A DNA stretch of 64,000 nt, taken from Ignavibacteriales bacterium. Its GTDB lineage: Bacteria; Bacteroidota; Ignavibacteria; T3Sed10-11. The stretch lies in NCBI GenBank assembly GCA_003568415.1, contig PWXV01000324.1, positions 8,736 through 72,735 of the forward strand. The letters are read 5' to 3'. A program made the translations under genes and the position numbers. Shown here piece by piece: positions 58,863-64,000 of the stretch. How positions within the stretch are numbered: the stretch's first letter is position 1; the number at the start of each line of letters is the position of its first letter. Under the pieces are notes generated by a model. The model saw only the letters and a program-made list of their open reading frames with translations, did no database searches and was not told the origin of the DNA.

Positions 58863-60161
58863 ATGCAGGAACAAATCCTTCGAATTGCAACAAACGAATT
58901 ATCGAATCAATTAGAAAACCCCGATATACGATTAATAGATGTTCGCCCGGTCGATGCCTATAATGGCTGGATACTTCGGAATGAACACCGGGGCGGCCAT
59001 ATAAAAGGTGCAAGAAACGTATCGGCAAAGTGGATGAATTACATTGAATGGATTGAAATAGTTGAATCGAAAGAGATTACTCCGGAAAAAAAGCTGATTG
59101 TTTATGGCTATGATGAAGAAGAAACTGAACGTGTTGCCCGGCAGTTTATGAAAGCCGGTTTTCCGGAGGTGAGTGTATATCATAGGTTTGTTGATGAGTG
59201 GAGTAAGAAGGAAAATCTTCCAATTGAGCATTTACCGAATTATGGCAATTTAGTTCCCCCTGTCTGGCTGAATGATCTGCTATCGAACAAACAGGTTCAG
59301 GACTATTCAAACGACAAGTTTGTTATCTGTCATTCACATTACCAAAACAGAGCAGATTATGAAAAAGCTCACATTCCGGGTGCAATCGATCTGGACACGA
59401 ACTGGCTGGAATCCACCGAAACCTGGAACCGCAGATCACCGGAGGAGCTGAAAAAGGTATTCGAATATCTCGGCATTACGCATGATACAACGGTTATTCT
59501 GTACGGTAACTTCTCGCATCCCACCTATGACGACCCGTTTCCCGGCAGCAGTGCCGGACAATTAGGTGCATTCCGTTGCGCATTCATTATGTTATATGCC
59601 GGTGTGAAAGATGTCCGCGTTCTCAACGGCGGATTACAGTCGTGGCTCGATGAGGGATTTAAAACGACGACCGAAGACGGTAAGAAACATCCGGTTACGG
59701 ATTTCGGTGCTGAGATCCCCTCCCGTCCGGATTTTGTTGTCGATCTTCCCGAGGCGAAGGTGATTCTGCAAGCCGATGACAAAAACCTCGTATGTATGAG
59801 AAGCTGGCGGGAATATATCGGCGAATTCAGCGGTTATCATTACATAGAAAAGAAGGGAAGAATTCCCGGAGCTGTATTTGCGGATTGCGGAAGCGATGCA
59901 TATCATATGGAGAACTACCGGAACCTCGATCATACAAACCGTGAATATCACGAGATTGAAAATAAATGGAGAGACCTCGGTATTACCCCAGATAAACATA
60001 ACGCGTTTTATTGCGGCACGGGCTGGCGTGGGAGCGAAGCTTTCTTTAATGCATATCTTCTCGGATGGGAACGCATATCCGTGTTTGACGGCGGATGGTT
60101 TGAGTGGAGCACAGACGAGAAGAATCCGTATGAGACGGGCATTCCCGAACATATACAATAG
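58863..60161 (+). CDS. Three-domain rhodanese/sulfurtransferase, YnjE-like
   Basis: GHIKGA, HIPGA and GRIPGA repeats; active-site loop FYCGTGWRGS; FDGGWFEWS. Confidence 0.88.
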   Translation: MQEQILRIATNELSNQLENPDIRLIDVRPVDAYNGWILRNEHRGGHIKGARNVSAKWMNYIEWIEIVESKEITPEKKLIVYGYDEEETERVARQFMKAGFPEVSVYHRFVDEWSKKENLPIEHLPNYGNLVPPVWLNDLLSNKQVQDYSNDKFVICHSHYQNRADYEKAHIPGAIDLDTNWLESTETWNRRSPEELKKVFEYLGITHDTTVILYGNFSHPTYDDPFPGSSAGQLGAFRCAFIMLYAGVKDVRVLNGGLQSWLDEGFKTTTEDGKKHPVTDFGAEIPSRPDFVVDLPEAKVILQADDKNLVCMRSWREYIGEFSGYHYIEKKGRIPGAVFADCGSDAYHMENYRNLDHTNREYHEIENKWRDLGITPDKHNAFYCGTGWRGSEAFFNAYLLGWERISVFDGGWFEWSTDEKNPYETGIPEHIQ

Positions 60162-60178
60162 AAATCAATGAGGTTCTT

Positions 60179-60595
60179 GTGACCATAAATGAGATTCAGG
60201 ATCAAATCATTAATGACCTCTCGTCCAGGGATGATTTAACGGAAAAGTACAGGTATATTGTCGATCTGGCAAAACGACTTGAGTCGCCCGAAGATAATCT
60301 CAGAAGTGAAGAAAACCGGATAAAAGGATGCCAGTCGAATGTATGGATTAGAACCGATTACAACGATAATAAGATATATCTCTGGGGCGACAGCGATTCA
60401 CTAATAATGAAGGGAATGCTTGCATTGTTAATACGGGTGTTCAACAACCAATCTCCCCAAAATATTGTAAATGCCGATTTATATTTTATTTATAAAACCG
60501 GATTGAACGTGAACCTGTCTCCAGCAAGTGCGGATGGATTGATTGCAATTATTAATCATATAAAAAAATCAGTCGAACAAGTTATGAAAAATTAA
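60179..60595 (+). CDS. SufE-family sulfur acceptor protein
   Basis: KYRYIVDL, IKGCQSNVW, DSDSLIMKG; GTG start. Confidence 0.88.
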   Translation: MTINEIQDQIINDLSSRDDLTEKYRYIVDLAKRLESPEDNLRSEENRIKGCQSNVWIRTDYNDNKIYLWGDSDSLIMKGMLALLIRVFNNQSPQNIVNADLYFIYKTGLNVNLSPASADGLIAIINHIKKSVEQVMKN

Positions 60596-60597
60596 AT

Positions 60598-60966
60598 ATG
60601 GGACAATATTGCAGAATTTGCGGTCGTAACAGACCAAACGAAAAATTTTCAGGAAAGGGACATTCAAAACATATATGTAAAGAATGTACCCGGATGCCGA
60701 AGAAAGAAAGAGAAGAGATTGAGAAAAAAGACGAGATATTCGGATATTTAAAACAATCCCATATTTCACAGAAAAATATCACTCGTTTGCAGAAGTTAGT
60801 TTTATCAGATATAGAGAGCATTAAAAAATTAGCCGGAATTGTTCTTGAGGTAGCAGAAATTACGCCGTACAAAAAACGACGATTGAAAAATCTCGCCCGG
60901 GAAAGGAGGGATTTACTGGAGAAATTGGAAGTAACGGGATTAATTTATGCACATCATTATTATTGA
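60598..60966 (+). CDS. Hypothetical protein with an N-terminal CxxC...CxxC zinc finger
   Basis: CRICGR.RPNEKFSGKGH..HICKEC; starts 2 nt after the sufE stop. Confidence 0.75.
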   Translation: MGQYCRICGRNRPNEKFSGKGHSKHICKECTRMPKKEREEIEKKDEIFGYLKQSHISQKNITRLQKLVLSDIESIKKLAGIVLEVAEITPYKKRRLKNLARERRDLLEKLEVTGLIYAHHYY

Positions 60967-61149
60967 TGATTTTCAATATTGCTTTAATTTCTCACTCAAG
61001 CTAACTTGAAAACCTCTGGTTTTTTTAAATCCACATTCGGAAAGTAGTAAGAGAGTTAGATGTGCCCTCCACAAGTACCATATCATAAGGCATTCAGATT
61101 ACATTTTGTATATCTTTATAATATTAATATATCAGTGGATGAGATAATT

Positions 61150-61353
61150 ATGAAATTAAAAGTAACCGATAAAGGTGTTACTGTACCGAAAACTTATCTT
61201 GAAGGAATCGAAGAGGTAGAAATTAAAAAGGATAATGGTATTATATTATTAATACCGATATCCGATACGGATCCCAATCAGGGACTGGGTAAAAATCCTG
61301 TTTCGTGCGGGGTTAGGGATGCATCCAATAAACACGATAAATATATTTATTAA
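61150..61353 (+). CDS. AbrB/VapB-like antitoxin, orphan
   Basis: KVTDKGVTVPK, beta-rich N-terminus, C-terminal DAS.KHDKYIY motif as seen upstream of PIN toxins. Confidence 0.55.
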   Translation: MKLKVTDKGVTVPKTYLEGIEEVEIKKDNGIILLIPISDTDPNQGLGKNPVSCGVRDASNKHDKYIY

Positions 61354-61365
61354 CAAAATTGATTC

Positions 61366-61395
61366 GTGGAAACTATCTTTATTGATGAGGTATAG
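61366..61395 (+). pseudogene. Possible 5' stub of a VapC/PIN toxin (METIFIDEV*)
   Basis: GTG-started 9-codon frame resembling the PIN N-terminal xxFxD strand, in the expected position after the antitoxin. Confidence 0.35.
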
Positions 61396-61776
61396 TTACA
61401 ATTCCTCTAACTTCCTCAAAAACTTCTCCCCCCAACCCTCCATCTTTTCTTCAAGCTTTTTCGTACAATCGCAATCGGAACATGCCCACGGCTCTTCGCC
61501 CGTCTCGTCTTTACACTTGTGACGAGCGTGTGCGTCGCGGATGTCGGTGAGGTCGAAGTATTCCTCCCAGTGGGGGATTTCCTCCATTAACGGGGTGGGG
61601 CAATAGCATACTTCTACCCAACGTACATCTCCGTTATCGAGCAGGCGTGCCTGGTGCATATCACGGATGTATTCACCGCCTGCGATCGATCCCCTCCCGA
61701 GCGTGCGGTTTTCAATTGCACGCTGCAGGGATTTTGTTTTGCCCGGTTTTACCCTTCCTGTTACCAGATAACGCAT
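61396..61776 (-). CDS. Hypothetical Cys-rich protein
   Basis: 126 aa; WVEVCYCPTPL and C..C.DCDC clusters. Confidence 0.7.
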   Translation of the reverse strand: MRYLVTGRVKPGKTKSLQRAIENRTLGRGSIAGGEYIRDMHQARLLDNGDVRWVEVCYCPTPLMEEIPHWEEYFDLTDIRDAHARHKCKDETGEEPWACSDCDCTKKLEEKMEGWGEKFLRKLEEL

Positions 61777-61852
61777 TTAATTTATTATTGATAATTGTTT
61801 AATGATTATCGTATATTGATGTAACAAACAATGAAATTATAAAGTTTACGAA

Positions 61853-62824
61853 ATGACTCAGCTTCTCGAATTTACAGATCGCGGAATTTATTGTGCCCGG
61901 GCCGGTTGCTATATCGACCCGAAACGTGTGGTTGACCGTGCGATCATTACCCACGCACATGCCGATCATGCCCGGCGCGGACACAAACATTATCTCGCAC
62001 ACAGATTAACCGTTCCGATCCTGCACCATCGACTCGGTAAAAAAATATCGACACAAGCAGTAGAGTACGATGAAGAGATAATAATTAACGGTGTTCGATT
62101 TTCATTGCATCCGGCAGGTCACGTGATAGGTTCGGCGCAGGTACGAGTTGAATATGGCGGTGAAGTGTGGGTTGTAACCGGAGATTATAAACTGGAACAC
62201 GACCCGCTTGCAGGATCGTTTGAACCTGCCCGGTGCGATGTTTTTTGTACCGAATCTACATTCGGTCTGCCCCTCTATCGATGGAACGATAGTGCGACAG
62301 TAATAAATGATATAAATGATTGGTGGCAAAACAACAAGCAGAATAAAATCACGAGCGTGCTGTTCGGATATTCGCTTGGCAAGGCGCAGCGATTGCTGGC
62401 TTCTATCAATACTTCAATCGGACCCGTTTATGTCCATCCTGCCATTGAACAGATAAACGAACTGTTTCGCCGGGAACGAATACGAATACCCGAAGTTAAT
62501 ATACTATCACAATCAGTTTTGAATGAAGAACTGAAAACCGCCCTCGTTATCATTCCCCCGAATGCAATGAGAAACGGCTGGCTTGATCATGCCGGTGAAT
62601 ATTCCACTGCCTACGCATCCGGCTGGATGGCGACGCAGGGGGCTCCTTTCATGCGGAATGCCGATACCGGTTTTGTGATTTCAGACCACGCAGACTGGGA
62701 TGGTTTGAACGAAGCCGTGCGCCTTTCGGGAGCCCAAAAAGTGTACGTGACGCACGGCTTTACCGGACAATTTGCACGATGGCTGTGTGAGAATGGGTAT
62801 GATGCACAACCGGCAGATGTATAA
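61853..62824 (+). CDS. Ligase-associated DNA damage response exonuclease (metallo-beta-lactamase fold)
   Basis: YIDP.R.VDRAIITHAHADHAR, HPAGHVIGSAQ, TESTFGLP.YRW, YSLGKAQR, ASGWM, SDHADW, VTHG. Confidence 0.9.
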   Translation: MTQLLEFTDRGIYCARAGCYIDPKRVVDRAIITHAHADHARRGHKHYLAHRLTVPILHHRLGKKISTQAVEYDEEIIINGVRFSLHPAGHVIGSAQVRVEYGGEVWVVTGDYKLEHDPLAGSFEPARCDVFCTESTFGLPLYRWNDSATVINDINDWWQNNKQNKITSVLFGYSLGKAQRLLASINTSIGPVYVHPAIEQINELFRRERIRIPEVNILSQSVLNEELKTALVIIPPNAMRNGWLDHAGEYSTAYASGWMATQGAPFMRNADTGFVISDHADWDGLNEAVRLSGAQKVYVTHGFTGQFARWLCENGYDAQPADV

Positions 62825-62831
62825 CAACCTA

Positions 62832-63998
62832 TCAAAATTGTAATGTGTTTTCTATCTTTTCAAACGGTGTCTCAATTCGTTCCGATGCATATTCTGCAGG
62901 TTTGAATACCAAGCCATATTGTGAATGTTGATGTCTCCCCCGGTAATCAATCTCAACAACCCGGTTGTATACAGCAACAGCTTCATCGCGGCGGTCAAGT
63001 AAGTCGAGCATATGTCCCTGCCATAACAGTGCCGTTGAAAGATCACTATCATCATTATTGTCTGAAATATCTGCGACTGCCAGTTCCATTTTCTTAAATA
63101 CATCAAGGACATTTCTGTAATCTCCGATATCATAAAAAGCAAATCCTATGCGCAATATATTCCATAACGCGAGTCGCTCCGGAATATCATCAACGGAAAC
63201 GGCATAGGCAATCCGTTCGCTTGACTGTGCTCCCCAGCCGCTTGTTCTGAGCAAATAATCAAGCGATGTGTCCCGTTGTGCAACTTCTGCCCGCCATTCG
63301 GCATGATATTCTCTCCAACGTGTAATTTCATCGTCCGGGATTTCATCCAACGACTCAACGAATTTCTGCAACTCGCTGAAAAATTCATCCGGTTGATCGG
63401 CATACGGACTATGCCCTGCCTGTTCAAATACAATCATTTCGGCATTGGGATGATTATTGTGAATTACCTCCGGTTTGTCGGTATTCCACGTAAGATCCCA
63501 TTTGCCTTCAAATATAAGCGTTGGAACAGGAAACCGGTGAAAGGCACCTTCGAGATCGAGGGGACGCATGCTTCCGATTATACCTTCCCTGAATCCTCTG
63601 TCGTGTATCCATTCATACCGTGCAAGTTCAGTAATGCGTTCTTTTGACGGCCGGTAAAAGGTCTGCCGTTTCCAGTCACCGTTTAAATATCTGTTGAATA
63701 TTCTTTGTTCGCGGGTAAGACCGGGCATCTGATTTATTTCCTGCATCCGGTCCTGTTCTTCCTCACTGATGAAATCGTACTGCCGGGTGGGTTCAAGTTC
63801 GACGTGCGCACTGATCGCAGAAGATACAAGAACAAGTCCGGCAAGACTTTCAGGGAATTGCGTAGCATACAATTGTGCCAGTAATCCGCCATAAGAATAT
63901 CCCACCACAACCCATTGTTCAAGATCAAGTGCTTTTCGAAGGTTTTCGAGATCATTGGCAGCTTGCTGTATGGTGTATCCGTCGCCCGGTTCATAATC
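62832..63998 (-). CDS. Alpha/beta hydrolase (proline iminopeptidase-like) with a TPR-like C-terminal extension; 5' end lies beyond the window
   Basis: DLENLRKAL...GYSYGG nucleophile, EG.WD, AGHSP; the frame is open to the right edge. Confidence 0.82.
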   Translation of the reverse strand, partial: DYEPGDGYTIQQAANDLENLRKALDLEQWVVVGYSYGGLLAQLYATQFPESLAGLVLVSSAISAHVELEPTRQYDFISEEEQDRMQEINQMPGLTREQRIFNRYLNGDWKRQTFYRPSKERITELARYEWIHDRGFREGIIGSMRPLDLEGAFHRFPVPTLIFEGKWDLTWNTDKPEVIHNNHPNAEMIVFEQAGHSPYADQPDEFFSELQKFVESLDEIPDDEITRWREYHAEWRAEVAQRDTSLDYLLRTSGWGAQSSERIAYAVSVDDIPERLALWNILRIGFAFYDIGDYRNVLDVFKKMELAVADISDNNDDSDLSTALLWQGHMLDLLDRRDEAVAVYNRVVEIDYRGRHQHSQYGLVFKPAEYASERIETPFEKIENTLQF

Positions 63999-64000
63999 CG

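Overview
A 64-kb bacterial chromosomal segment. The Mdh, L21/L27, MreB, DUF2851 and ECF proteins look like FCB-group (Ignavibacteria/Chlorobi-like) sequences, which is an inference from protein similarity. The centre is a housekeeping core: dcd-pyrF, mdh, rplU-rpmA, purN-purH, mreBCD-mrdA-rodA, a LonC-like protease, dnaX, usp-lon, thiL, an ECF sigma/anti-sigma/TlpA locus and mfd. The left flank (about 1-22 kb) is accessory-like: TPR protein, OPT transporter, maeB, Clp1-type polynucleotide kinase, CHAT-TPR protease, metallothionein-like peptide, DNA methyltransferase plus putative endonuclease, S8 lipoprotease and a hybrid-kinase-led operon. The right flank (about 55-64 kb) holds secreted unknowns, a rhodanese-SufE operon, a decayed toxin-antitoxin pair and a ligase-associated exonuclease. 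I saw no rRNA, tRNA, CRISPR array or transposase. Most notable: (1) an intact-frame ATP-dependent DNA ligase derivative that appears to lack the whole adenylation domain, lying behind DUF2851; (2) an A9 slippage site in dnaX with stops in both shifted frames; (3) an archaeal-looking Clp1 kinase behind a triple TGAGTAA operator; (4) an HPPY-motif methyltransferase with an uncharacterised nuclease-like partner; (5) an orphan antitoxin followed by a 9-codon VapC-like stub. All family calls come from motif recognition by eye, not from database searches.
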